64,000 nucleotides of DNA, from NCBI RefSeq assembly GCF_006345805.1, contig NC_043010.1:67580001-67644000 (forward strand), given 5' to 3'. Position numbers and translations under genes: made by a program. Positions 1-12,849 of this stretch are shown here, in pieces. Under the pieces are notes generated by a model. It saw only the letters and a list, made by a program, of their open reading frames with translations, was not told where the DNA came from and did no database searches. Within the stretch, counting starts at the first letter, position 1. The number at the start of each line of letters is the position of its first letter. Source of the stretch: Octopus sinensis (lineage: Eukaryota).

Positions 1-749
1 GAACAAAAAACATACTACGTTTGGTGAATGCCGTTGAAACACCATATTTGTTTCTTCGTTTTTCTTTGTAAAACTAGCGAGAACAAGTTTCGTCTTGTCA
101 CCTTATATGGTAAAGTGAAGCTTAAATTAATAGAAATTGTCTAAGACAAATATATAGCTCTGTCATCGATTTAACAGTATAATAGACTTTTTATAATTTT
201 GAACAAACCTAAATCAAGTAATCATTTGATTTTTTAAAACAAATATACTGCATATTATTATTTCAAATGGCTTGGAGATATTTATTTTCCATAGATCGAA
301 AGACCAGATTAATCAGAATACGATCGTGAAAGAAAATTACATAATTGTCAAATAAACGGAGAAAAACTGAATGTTATTTACTGTAAAAAAAAAAATCATC
401 TACATAATTCTTTACAATAAGCAGTCATTTTTCTTTTATAAACACGATCAAACAAGATGTAAAATAGCTCGTGAATGAAGTAGTCCCTCTACCACAGCCA
501 TCCAAACTGTTAGAAATAGCAGATATAGTTCCTTCATAAATAACAATTATGATATTTAAATACTGAATAATGTATTCCTTGATATACAAAAGAACGGGAT
601 GGTCACAGTTGGAAAATATGTCACCACGACAACGATGACAAAGTTAAAAAATACGAGAACGAAAATGTTTCAGTAAACACTTTAATGGAAAAAATACGAA
701 ATCTTCATCAGTGTAGATTAAAGTTCTGAGGCTTTTTAGTTGACAAATT

Positions 750-1171
750 GGATCTTTTCGGTTTGAACGGCAGTTTTTAAAAATAATTTCCACGTAACTA
801 AACACTTTTAAACTTCGTATATTGGTAGAATGTGTTTATAAAACATCTTTTTCTCTTGGCTTTATTGAGAAAATTCTATGGTTTGTAAGATATTTGTTGT
901 TTTTTTTCTTCAATTTTTTTGCAATTTCAACCAATCAATGACGTCTATATGAGGTAAAAACATTCTGTGCCGTATGAATATGTCCCTCGTTTAAGAAACA
1001 GATTGGATTTATTTACATTTGTGAAGAAAAAATATACCCTTCCCCTCATCCTAACTAACCCTAACCCTAAAACAGATTGAAATGCAATAGATCGATACTA
1101 GGGCCATAATTATGGGTGATAATTTCATATGACACCTCTAGAAAAAACTGCCGTTCAAACCGAAAAGATCC
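750..1171. mobile_element. MITE with GG termini and 8-bp TSD (Merlin-like)
   Basis: ~28-bp TIRs GGATCTTTTCGGTTTGAACGGCAGTTTT; perfect TSD GACAAATT at 742-749 and 1172-1179; internal CCCTAA repeats. Confidence 0.85.
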
Positions 1172-1710
1172 GACAAATTTCTTTCAGCGATAATGGCATA
1201 ACTGTTTCATTTTTTAAAGGTTTTTCGGGGGGCTGTGGATTCAGTTTATGCAAAAGTTGTGCATTGGCAATGTATTTCATGCATTCCGTGCACAATCTAC
1301 AAATGTATGTGGGTGCAGTTACATCCCTTTACGGTGGCTGTTTAAAATAGCTCGCCACTAGATGGCACAAAAAGCGCATAAGGTTCGGATCAGACGTTAG
1401 GCCCTGGCACTTCCACTTTCGTGACTAGACGTCGCAGAGCAAAGACATGACCTAGCTATCTCTCGCATACCGGCGGCAGCGAGCAGATGAGGTTATGCAG
1501 AAGATGAACGTGTTCCTTTCATCAAACTTTTTTCCATTATTATTCAATTTGTATATATTTGAGACCGAGAGTACAGGTATTTAAAGTTGCAGTTTGTTCT
1601 ATGAATCCTTTGCACAGTGTTTCTTTGTCGAATGACCTATTACAGCCTTCTGAACAGAGTCATCGTTAGATGGTTTCAACCTGAAAATACCACCATCTAA
1701 ATGTACATAA

Positions 1711-2103
1711 TAAGCAGTATCGCCCGGCGTTGCTCGGGTTTGTAAGGGAAATAACTATAAAGCATTTTTAGAGAGTTATAGCCAAAAAATAGCAAAAAAA
1801 TGCATTCAAAATGGAAAAAATATGATGGTAAATTTTTTTTTAAATCGTTGACTCATCGTTGACATTTTTAGAGAGTTACTTCCCTTTAAAAAATATGCCT
1901 TAAAATGGAAAAAAATGATGGTAAATTATTTTTAAAATCGTAGACTCATCGTAGACGCGTGCTAATACCCAGAAGGGCTCGATATGAATCACGACTATAA
2001 GATACCCGCTTTTGGTTAAACTGCACCGCAAAATGTGGGAGTAGTTAGGAACCTAAATCGAAGAGGACAGACACTCACACAACTACAGTTTCATATATAA
2101 AGA
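1711..2103 (-). mobile_element. Non-autonomous Helitron (~390 bp)
   Basis: Minus strand starts A|TC and ends with hairpin CCCGAGCAACGCCGGG plus a degenerate CTAG; homologous to copies at 55042 and 55568. Confidence 0.75.
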
Positions 2104-2156
2104 TAAGCATTATTATTGACATTCACTGCAAGAGTTTTTAAAAAACAATATTTCTT

Positions 2157-2414
2157 GGCGAGCTGGCAGAATCGTTAGCACTTCGGACCAAATGCTTTGC
2201 CGGATTTCGTCCGTCTTTACGTTGGCAGAATCGTTAGCACTTTGGGTAAAATGTTCATTTTGCGGTATTTCGTCAATCTTTATGTTCTGAGTTCAAATTC
2301 CGCCGAGGTCGACTTTACCTTTCATCCTTTTGGGGTCGGTAAAATAACTACCAGTTGAGCACTGGAGTCGAGTCGCTCCTCCAAGATTTCAGGCCTTGTG
2401 CCTATACTAGAAAG
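2157..2414 (+). mobile_element. SINE-A (tRNA-derived) monomer with duplicated head
   Basis: A-box-like TGGCAGAATCG twice, B-box GAGTTCAAATTCC, CCTTTCATCCTTT core, A-type tail. Confidence 0.8.
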
Positions 2415-2435
2415 GATTATTAATTATTATTATTA

Positions 2436-2470
<35 letters not shown>

Positions 2471-2475
<5 letters not shown>

Positions 2476-3436
2476 TCTGCCTTAGCGAAGGCAAAGATAT
2501 TGTTTTCAGTCGTGTTTGTTTGTTTCTCAAGAACCGCTGGATGAATGCAGATGAAACTTCTAGGGATGTTTGGCTTCGTGACTGGCACGAACTGATTAGA
2601 TTTGGGGATCTACCCGGTACCGGACAGAGATTCTGGATTATTTGTTATATTTACTTTACTTTACATGAAGTATTACGATCTTACGTTGACTTTCAAGTCT
2701 TTCTTTGATTATCTCCCTTGAAAGCACGCTCATGGTTTCCACGTAAGTTATGGCGGCGTTGCTGTTTCCAAAGTTTTATTTTCGTTTCTCTATTATTAAT
2801 TTTACTCGCGTCTCTATCTTAGTAGAAACTATTGGATAAAGAAATCAAGCTACATAAATGGCAGCAAAACCGTTCAGAAACTAAGTAACATTAACATAGT
2901 CCGTAACAATTATAAATTTAATTTATCCTCGACAATTTTGAATATATCGCTCCTATTTAAAACCTCTTACCTTCTTGACAATTGCATTTCTAGCTCCTAC
3001 TTGAAGGAAGCTTTACTTCTTGGATTCACGGTTTTGTGCGCAACGATGTTGTTAAACCTCCGTTAACAGTATCTTATGCGGGCCATTTCCGTTTTCCTCT
3101 GCGCACGGAAGACCTTCACTATAGTCGTAAGACCTTCACTTAATAGTCGTAAAGACACTATATCAGTAGATAGACTAAAAAAGGCCTTCACAGAGAAAAC
3201 TGTTCCTATTCCCATAGCAGACGACACACGCACAGAGCTTACAAATATGGTCTGCACACCCACCTTCATATTCCATGACTACCATTGAGATCGATCAGGT
3301 ACCGGACAAGGATTCTGGATTATTTTCCCGATTTTTTTCTTAATTTTTGAGAGCGGTCGGCTTCATTTTTAATATTCTCGGGCTATCCTTGCTAGGGAAG
3401 GCGGAGGTGGTGCAGATGTTTATAGCATCTGTTATC
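2471..3436 (+). mobile_element. Helentron-associated (HINE/DINE-1-like) non-autonomous element
   Basis: Subterminal IR ACCTCTGCC (2473-2481) / GGCGGAGGT (3400-3408); 5' hairpin TGCCTT-AGCG-AAGGCA; 3' hairpin CAGATG-7nt-CATCTG (3413-3431); T-rich ends. Confidence 0.55.
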
Positions 3437-3438
3437 AC

Positions 3439-3651
3439 ATACCTATTTCTTTATTACCCACAATGGCCTAAACACAGAGGGGACAAACAAGGACAGACAT
3501 AGGTATTAAGTCGATTACATCGACCCCAGTGCGTAACTGGTACTTAATTTATCGACCCCGAGAGGATGAAAGGTAAAGTCGACCTCAGCGGAATTTGAAC
3601 TGAGAACGTAACGACAGACGAAATACCGCTAAGCATTTCGCCCGGCGTGCT
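3439..3651 (-). mobile_element. SINE-A with B-type tail
   Basis: Reverse complement of family consensus. Confidence 0.8.
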
Positions 3652-4140
3652 CACATACCGTCTGACCGTGGTGCCTCGCCCCAATTTGTGGCGGAGCAAG
3701 TTGGAAAGAATCCTCACCTTGAGTAAATGTCTTCCACTGTAGCCTCGGGCCGACCAAATCCCTGTGAGTGGATTTGGTTGAAGAAAACTGAAAGAAGCCC
3801 ATCGTATATGTGTGTGTGTGTCTGTGCTAGTTCCCCACAACATCGCTTGGTAACCAATGCTGGGGTGGTTACGTCCCTGTAACTTAGCGGTTCAGCAAAA
3901 AAATACCGATAGAACAAGTACTAGGCTTACAAAGAACAAGTCATGGGGTCGATTCGCTCGACTAAAGGCGGTGCTCCAGCATGGCCGCAGTCAAATGACT
4001 GAAACAAGTAAAAGAATGAAAGAGTCAAATATTAAAGATTGTAATGAAAGGGAAAAATGAAAAATTGCTACTGTTTTTGCAACGATAATATTTCATAATT
4101 GAATCAACGATCATTCATTCATTATTGTAATAATAAGCAA

Positions 4141-4722
4141 GCCGGCGAGCTGGCAGAAACGTTAGCACGCCGGGCGAAATGCTTAGCGGTATTTCCTCTG
4201 CTGCTACGTTCTGAGTTCAAATTCCGCCGAGGTTGACTTTGCCTTTCATCCTTTCGGGGTCGATTAAAAAAGTACCAGTTACGCACTGGAGTCGATATAA
4301 TCGACTTAATCCGTTTGTCTGTCCTTGTTTGTCCTCTCTGTGTTTATCCCCTTGTGGGTAGTAAAGAAATAGGTATTTCGTCATTCTTTATGTTCTGAAT
4401 TCAAATTCCGCCGAGATCGATTTTGCCTTTCATCCTTTCGGGGTCGATAAATTAAATACCAGTTGCGTACTGGAGTCGATGTAATCGACTTAATCCGTTT
4501 GTCTGACCTTGTTTGTCCCCTCTGTGTTTAGCCCCTTGTGGGTAGTAAAGAAATGGGTATTTCGCCCGTCTTTACGTTACAAGTTCAAATTCCGCCGAGG
4601 TCGACTTTGCCTTTCAGCCTTTCGAAGTCGATAAATTAAGTACCAGTTGCGTACTGGAGTCGATCTAATCGACTGGTCCCCACCCCAAAAATTTCGGGCC
4701 TTGTGCTTAGAGTAGAAAAGAA
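4141..4722 (+). mobile_element. SINE-A trimer: head-B-B-A
   Basis: One head, two ~182-bp B units, one terminal A unit. Confidence 0.9.
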
Positions 4723-4891
4723 AAGAATAGCATGAGAAAGCAAAAGGCTTTCAATTCGGTCAGTATACAAGCGGCCCTCAAAAAACTTTCTGTGATTATT
4801 GTAGCCCTTAGTGTAATTCTAGTTGGCAAGGCCTGAATTAAAATACTTTAAAAAAAGTGTGTGTATGAGTCTGTACGATGTAAATGTCTTA

Positions 4892-5107
4892 CGGGGAGGT
4901 GCTGAAAGCTCCTGATTTTAAGGGTGCCGCAAAAGGCCCGGCTGGAGGCTCAACCTTCTATGTTGTTTTACAGGGCTTAGAAAAACTGAATGATCTCTGT
5001 AAGAAGTGTATGAATCCCAGTGGGGAATATGTTGAATAAAATCATTATTAACTGATCCGCCTGTATTTTCTTCTACTTAAAGCCTGGAACTTTTCAGCAT
5101 CCCTTCG
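4892..5107 (+). mobile_element. Mariner-derived MITE with transposase C-terminal remnant
   Basis: TA flanks on both sides; TIR CG(A/G)GGGNGTGCTGAAA; internal GLEKL..C..GEYVE* remnant. Confidence 0.8.
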
Positions 5108-5263
5108 TATGTACAGGATTCAGTGAGTTTATGTAAGGGTATGTAAAGTGAATATGCATGTTCATGTATGATAGCTTTTCTTTGTGTGTGTGCTTATGTG
5201 CTTCCGTACGATATTCTATTGCTATGAAAAATGCTCTCGAAAGCAGAAAAATTTGAAAAAGGA

Positions 5264-5988
5264 GCATACATAGGGAATCGTGCCCCATCCCTCTGTCGAC
5301 TTTGTTTGCTCATAACTTTCAGAAAAATGGATATTTCGTAATGGAATTTTCCACGGATACTTTTCACATGGATAGATTTAATGGGGGAAAAATTTAATGG
5401 AGAAAAAGAAATGGTGGTTGCACACTAATGCATACTGACACTCATTACAATTTTTTCAATATTTCAAGTTTCATTTTGTAGGTAAGTTATGTGACATATG
5501 GCATTAAGGATGTGTGCGCACCCAACATTTTTTGTTCTTTCTTTCCCCATGTTACATTCTGATATAATTGTAATCTACACCATCTGTAAGGAATTTGTAG
5601 AAAATTTCATAAAAAAATACTCATTTGTCTGTTAGTTATGAGGAAACAAAGTCTTTTTGAGTGAATTTTCTGAAATTTCTCTCTCCTACCCACGAAACTT
5701 TTTTCGCATATTCCGATATAATGGTAATCTGCACCGTCTAAAAGATATCTGTAAAAAATTTCGTTAAAAAATATTCAATTTTATGGAAGTTACGAAGAAA
5801 CAAAATCAGTGGGGCACACTTGTGTAGGTATGCCCTCAAAGTTACGAAGAAACAAAATCAGTGGGGCACACTTGTGTAAGTATGCCCTCAAAGTTACGAA
5901 GAAACAAAATCAGTGGGGCACACTTGTGTAGGTATGCCCCAAAGTTACGAAGGAACAAAATCAGTGGGGCACACTTGTGTAGGTATGC
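5264..5988. mobile_element. Foldback-like MITE with long TIRs; right TIR present as 4 tandem ~52-bp copies
   Basis: Left end GCATAC..GTGCCCCA..TTTGTTTGCTCATAACTT is the inverse of the repeat unit at 5787-5988. Confidence 0.6.
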
Positions 5989-5999
5989 ACCGAATGATT

Positions 6000-6687
6000 C
6001 AACTCAGCCTTAAGATCATATGCTGCCACCATAATACAAATAGAATATCAACCCCGTTATCCTTCTTTCCCTATCATTTTTGCCCTTTTCTTCTCCATAT
6101 TTTTTCTTCCTTTTCATCACCCCCTTCGTTTCCCCTCTCTCACTCTCTGTCCAACTTTCTCTTTTCACACATTCCGCTCTCTATATGTTTCTATTCCCCT
6201 CTCTATTCCCCCAATCTCACTCTCTCTCTCTTCTCTGTACCTCTAACTTCCTCAGCTGTTCTCTCTCACTTTACCCTTTTCCATTTTTCTATCCCTCCAT
6301 TTTTAGCGCCCTCTTCAACGATATTCTCTTATCGTCTCTTATTTCCCGCTCCTCCTCCTCCTTCAATCTCCCCTTCTCTCTTCCTCTCTTATTTCCCTCT
6401 CCTCCCTCTCCTCTCCAACCCTCTGTATAACTTTACCTCTTTCCCTATTTCTTCCTTGTTTCATTCTATCTCCCTTTCTCATTCTTTCCCTTCATTTTTT
6501 TCTATTTCTTCGCCTTTCTCATTCTTCATAATTCACCCAAATATTTCTTTTTCAATTTCATTCTCCTTTTTCGCTTTCTAATTCTCGCGCTTTTTAAACA
6601 TTCCTTCACATTACTCTCTCTCTTTTTCCTTCCTCGGTTATTTCACTCTCACTTCATCTCTCTCCCCACTCTTCAGTTTACTGCCTT

Positions 6688-6720
<33 letters not shown>

Positions 6721-7226
6721 TTAGTTTACTACCTCTCTCTTCGCCTGACAGTTCTTTTTTTAGTCTATCATTACCCTATATATCTCTATACAGCTCTCTC
6801 TCCTCTTCCCCCCTCTCTCTATCTATTCATCTCTGTTGCTATCTATCTATTTACAACCCTCCCTTATCATCATGCTCATACTCTCCCTCACTCCTTATTA
6901 CCGACATCCTCAGCCTTCACCCCCTCACAACAGAGCCTCTTTCTCTTGCTCTTCTAACACCTATTGTTATCGATGAGCACCTGTGACCCTCTCAAGTCAG
7001 AACCATGACGTCATTATGACGTCAACAGCACTCATTCTTCTCCATGCATTACGTCTTCTTTTTCCTTCTTTTCCTTTCTCATCTTCCTCCTGTCTCGTCT
7101 ATTTATTTCAGATATTCTCTTCTTACTTACCTTCTTTATTTTTTCTCTCTATTCACTTATTCATCCATCCTTTTTCTTTCTTATTCTTTCCCTCACTTTC
7201 TCCTTCTCCCTTCTTTCCAGTTTTGC

Positions 7227-7257
<31 letters not shown>

Positions 7258-7300
7258 CCACCCCTTCAACCCTAATTTCTCAAATACCTGCATCATCGAC
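6000..7300. repeat. CT-rich low-complexity tract
   Basis: Pyrimidine-dominated degenerate (CT)n/(CTT)n. Confidence 0.9.
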
Positions 7301-7399
7301 ACCATGCAATCACAAACATTATAAATACCCCTAATAACAAATACCACTGCATATGGCACCACCATCCCGAATAAATTACCAAAACGATCAACACCCTTG

Positions 7400-7610
7400 T
7401 CAACGAGAGAGCCTTACGCTGCAACTCGATCTGCTAGAAATAGCTGTCAATTCTCCCTCAAATTCACATCCACTGTCGTTTTAAAAAACAGAAGAACGCG
7501 TTGGATTATGTTGTCCTAGGTGCACCGCTAGGTCACGGATAGAATGTCTTTGATCATATGTCTACTTATTGTAGACCCAGGACTATCCGACAACAAAAGT
7601 AAGCAACAGC
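7400..7610 (+). repeat. Unclassified dispersed repeat (CTGCTAGAAATAGC..CTCCCTCAAAT..GATGGTCA family)
   Basis: Similar segments near 500-620, 8510-8860, 9060-9160, 9730-9800, 16800-16990, 20230-20340, 20520-20660, 21040-21180. Confidence 0.6.
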
Positions 7611-7744
7611 CGACTCGACGAAACGGAGCCTCCATGCAGTCGTTCGGCCTACTAGAAATATCAACAGAATTCCCTTAAATCAGTCCCTACCGTCTTAAAT
7701 AAAGGTGCACAGGGCAATCTAGTACTGCGTTTTGTGTACTTATT

Positions 7745-8100
7745 CAAGTGTCCCTCCCCCTCGACATTGTTTCCTCATAGCTTTCATAAAATTGGGTATT
7801 TTCTCATGAAATTTCCTACAAATACCTTTTAGATTGTGCAAATTCCGATTATATCGAGATTCAATATGAAAAAAATGTTGGGTGCGTACACACACACAAC
7901 TTAAAATTTTGAAAAAAATTGTGATGCGTATTTAGTATGTATGTATGTATGAGAGGCTACCAATATTTTTCTGCATTAAAGTCAGATATAGTCGTAATCT
8001 ACACCATCTGAAAGGTGTTTGAAGAAAATTTCATTGCAAAATACCCATTTTTCTGAAAGGTATGAGGAAACAAATTCGGTTGGGTGGCCATATTTGTGCA
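7745..8100. mobile_element. Related foldback-like MITE
   Basis: ~70-bp imperfect inverted ends (TGTTTCCTCATA.. / ..TATGAGGAAACA); homologous to 5264-5988. Confidence 0.55.
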
Positions 8101-8938
8101 TGTGTGCCGAGAGGCTAATGCAAGTTTGGAACGCTTTTGATCAGAAGTTTTACTCGATCTGGGTTATCCTGGAGGTTAAACTACAACAGCAACAGCAATA
8201 GCAACAAGCAACCGCAATAGCAACAGCTGCAGCAGTAATAGTAACACATGCCTCAAACAAAATCACAGGCACGTTTCGTTACTTGGTCGCCATGATGGTT
8301 CTTTACCAGGTAGAGAAACGTGACGTATTAAATCGCACTCCAGTCGTATTATACACCAACTTACTATATATAGACACATATAAACGTGCAGATTATATAT
8401 ACGCACAAATATGCAGGCTTTTTTTTCATTGACTTTATTGCACATTTTTAACGTCCGAAATAATAAAACAAAAAATAAAAAGCATTAAAAATAAAAACAT
8501 AGGTATGCAAAAAGACGTGATGGTCATGGCTGAAATGCCTTTTTGTCATAAGTCTGCTAAACCAGGGCTACACTGGAGGAGTTACACATTAACAACAATA
8601 ACAGCTGAACCTATATAAAACGCAAATGCACAAACACGGACGATCAACCAAGAAGAGAGCCTTTAGGTGGTCGTTAAAACCGCTAGAAACAGTAGTTAAA
8701 ATTCTAATCATATCTAATTGTCTCATTAAAAGAGGACACGTTGGACAATGTAGTTCAATGTATTTTTCTACCCAAACTTAAGGTGGTCACGGTTAGAGCG
8801 CTTTGATGACGGGTCTGTTCAATTATAGCTAACTTGGGTCAAAAGAACTACAAGGTATATACACACCAAAACACAAGGGCCTCTTTTTAACCATCTATCT
8901 ATCTATCTATCTGTCTGTCTGTCTGTCTGTCAGTCTGC

Positions 8939-8997
<59 letters not shown>

Positions 8998-9392
8998 ACT
9001 ATTTATCTCTCTCTTTATATATATATCGACCTCTTTCTCTCTCTGTCATAGTTCTAGATATACCTAAACACAAGATGGTCACGGTTAGAGAGCTTTGAAC
9101 ATGGGTCTACTCAATCAGGACTGACCTGGGGGCTAACGAACAACAGTAATATACACACCAAAACACAAAGTCCTCTCTCTTCCTCACACTTTCTTTCTTT
9201 CTTTCTTTCTTTCCTTTTCCTTTCACTTTCTCTCTCTCACTCATTCTCTCTTTCCCTCTCCCTCCCCTTCTCTCTGCTCGCATCCCCCACCCCCGCCGTC
9301 ATACAATACACAGAGTATTGAATAAACTTAGAAAAGCGGCGCGGCATAAAAGCAGACAGTGAAGGACGTGGTGGTGGGGAGAGAAGGTAGTA

Positions 9393-9443
<51 letters not shown>

Positions 9444-9994
9444 CAACAACAGTAGTGGTGGTGATGTAGGATGATGTTCTGTTTGGTGACGATGGTGATG
9501 ATGATGATGATGATGATAACGACGATGTCGACCACGACGACGATGATGATGATGATGACGATGATGATGATGATGCATTATAACAAGGGCGAAGGGCGCT
9601 GTTGTTTAACCCAGATCAACCTTCATTCAGAAACCTATGATCAAAGACGTTCCGGCCACGACTATCCCATCCCGTTTTCAAGTATAGTGCATCTAGGACC
9701 CTGTTAGCTTATGTGACTTTTCTTTTATTTCTTTTTCTTTTTAAGATAAACCTGTTGCGCATTGAGGGAGATTTAGCTACTACTTCCAGCAACTCTAGAC
9801 ACCAAGAAGAGTCTCCCTCATTGGTTCCTTGTGATGAGTGAAGTACATATATGGTGACGATCGGCAATCTTTCGATAAGAGTCACTGACATAATGGGCGA
9901 GTGTGTGACATTGTGTTTCTGTTCGACAAAGCTGTAGTCAAGAACACAACTATGACATCATATACTAATACCGAAACATTACGCCATATGCATA

Positions 9995-10537
9995 TATAGT
10001 TGTGTGCTAAAAGGTTTGCTTCCCAGCGACATAGTTGGGAAGCATGGTTCAGTCGCACTGCCTGACACTTTGAACAAGTGTCTTCTACTATAAAACCTTA
10101 GACTAATCAAAGCTTTGTTACTGGATTTGGTAGACGGAAACTGAAAGAAGCCTGTCATATAGGCGCAGGAGTGGCTGTGTGGTAAGAAGCTTGCTTCCCA
10201 GTCACATGGTTCCGGGTTCAGTCCCACTGCGTGGCACCATGGACAAGTGTCATCTGCAATAGCCACGGGCCGACCACAGCACTGTGAGTGGATTTGGTAA
10301 ATGGAAATTGAAAGAAGCCCGTCATGTATCTATTTGTGTGTCTGTTTGTCCCCCCCCCATCGCTTGACAACCGATGCTGGTGTGTTTACGTCCTTCGTAA
10401 CTTAGCGGTTCGGCAAAATAGACCGATTGAATAAGTACTAGGCTTACAAAGAATAAGTCCTGGTGTCAATTTTTTTCGACTAATGGCGGTGCTCCAGCAT
10501 GGCCACAGTCAAATGACTGAAACAAGAGAATAAAAGA

Positions 10538-10613
<76 letters not shown>

Positions 10614-10995
10614 ATAGGCATGGCTGTGTGTCAAGAAATTTGCTTTCCAACCACATGACCATGGGTTCAGTCTCATTGTATGACACTTGAGTAAGCGTCG
10701 TCTGCTACAGCCTCGCGCCGATAAGAGCCTTGTGAGGGGATCTGGTAGAACTGAAAAACATCCCGTTGTGTACACACACATACACACACGCACACACTCA
10801 CACGTGTGTGTGTGTCCCACCACCACTTGATGTGTTTATGTCCCCCGTAACTTAGCAGTTCCGCAAAAGACACCGATAGAATAAGTACTAGGCTTTCAAA
10901 AGATTGAGTCCTGGAGTCGATTTCTTCGACTCGAACGCGTTAAGGCGGTGCTCCAGCATGGCCGCAGTCGAATGACTGAAACAAAAAGAATAAAA
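9995..10995 (+). mobile_element. Tandem SINE-B cluster (half copy, full copy, second composite copy)
   Basis: Three heads and two tails in the same orientation. Confidence 0.8.
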
Positions 10996-11504
10996 GAATA
11001 TATATATATATTTAGAGAGAGAGAGAGAAGAAGAGAGAGAGAGACTGCACGTCGTTGCTCAGTGGAGGTGGTGGTGATAGTCCAACGTTACGGCAATACG
11101 TATGATGAGTGTGATGGTGGTGGTGGTGGTAATAGCTGTTTGTGGTTGATGTGAAAAGGGGCTTATGTCTTGTATAGCGATGATGAGAGCAAGGATGGTG
11201 GTAGTGTGTGTGTGGTGTAGTAGTAGTAGTAGTAGTGATGTGGGTGAAGGTGGAGGATATAGTATTTAGAATGGTGGTGATGGTGAGGGTAGTGTTTATT
11301 TTTTGTTTAAGGTGGCAATGAATAACAGTAACAAGGTCGTGAGTGTAGAAGCTGAGAAGGGATCAGAGAGGGGGAGAGGGTTAGTTACTCGTCTGCAGAT
11401 TACTGCTCTCTTTCCTTACAACCTACAAGCCCTACACACAGACACCAGACATACTGTTGTGGGTGTTAAGTCAGGGGTCATCCTCTGCACAGACAGACGG
11501 TACA

Positions 11505-12210
11505 TATTCCGCTGAGGTCGACTTTGCCTTTCATCCTTTAGGGGTCGATTAAATAAGTACCAGTTACGCACTGGGGTCGATATAATCGACTTAATCCGTT
11601 TGTCTGTCCTTGTTTGTCCTCTCTGTGTTTAGCCCCTCGTGGGTAGCAAAGAAATAGGTATTTCGTCTGCCGCTACGTTGTGAGTTCAAATTCAGCCGAG
11701 GTCGACTGTGCCTTTCATCCTTTCGGGGTCGATGAAATAAGTACCAGTTACACACCGGGATCGATATAATCGACTTAATCCGTTTGTCTGTCCTTGTTTG
11801 TCCTCTCTGTGTTTAGCCCCTCGTGGGTAGCAAAGAAATAGGTATTTCGTCTGCCGCTACGTTGTGAGTTCAAATTCAGCCGAGGTCGACTGTGCCTTTC
11901 ATCCTTTCGGGGTCGATGAAATAAGTACCAGTTACACACCGGGATCGATATAATCGACTTAATCCGTTTGTCTGTCCTTGTTTGTCCTCTCTGTGTTTAG
12001 CCCCTTGTGGGTGGTAAAGAAATAGGTATTTCGTCTGCCGCTACGTTGTGAGTTCAAATTCCGCCGAGGTCGACTTTGCCTTTCGTCCTTTCGGTGTCGA
12101 TTAAATAAGTACCAGTTACGCACTGGGATCGATATAATCGACTTAATCCGCTTGTCTGTCCTTGTTTGTCCTCTCTGTGTTTAGCCCCTTGTGGGTAGTA
12201 AAGAAATAAG
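11505..12210 (+). repeat. Headless SINE-A array of four B units, period 184 bp
   Basis: GAGGTCGACT at 11514, 11698, 11882, 12066. Confidence 0.9.
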
Positions 12211-12322
12211 TACATATATTTACTCGTATTAAACACAAACACTGCAAACACAACAGAGCTACAATCAACATAATCATACATAAGGGCCTTAACACAGGTA
12301 TAAACGTATACATATACATACT

Positions 12323-12477
12323 AGACGCAGGCGTGGCTGTGTGGCAAGAAGCTTGCTTCTCAACCACATGGTTCCGTGTTCAGTCCCACTGTGCGGCACC
12401 CAGGGTAATTGTCTTCTACTATAGCCTTGGACCGATCAAAATGGATTTGGTAGATGGAAACTGAAAGAAGTCCATTT

Positions 12478-12508
<31 letters not shown>

Positions 12509-12647
12509 CGGTCTCTTTTGCTTAACCGCTAAATTACTGGGACGTAAACACACCAGCATCGGTTGTCAAGCAATGTTGGGTGGGTTGGGTGGACAAACAG
12601 ACACAAACATATACACATACATACATGTATATATATATATATATATA

Positions 12648-12695
<48 letters not shown>

Positions 12696-12811
12696 ATATA
12701 CATATATCTGCGATGGACTGGCGTCCTGTCCAGCTAGGGGAACACATATGCCATAGAAACTGGGAAAACGGGCCCATGAGCCTGGCTAGGCTTTAAAAGG
12801 GCACATAAATA

Positions 12812-12849
<38 letters not shown>

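Noticed and set aside
665-720. CTGATGA...GAAA on the minus strand near 705
   Set aside because: No pairable stems I-III
5913-7365. Long S/F/L/P-rich ORFs (222, 116, 113 aa)
   Set aside because: Read-through of CT-rich low-complexity DNA; no domain signal
11505-12210. Regular repeats suggesting a CRISPR array
   Set aside because: Contiguous 184-bp SINE units without unique spacers; eukaryotic context, no cas genes
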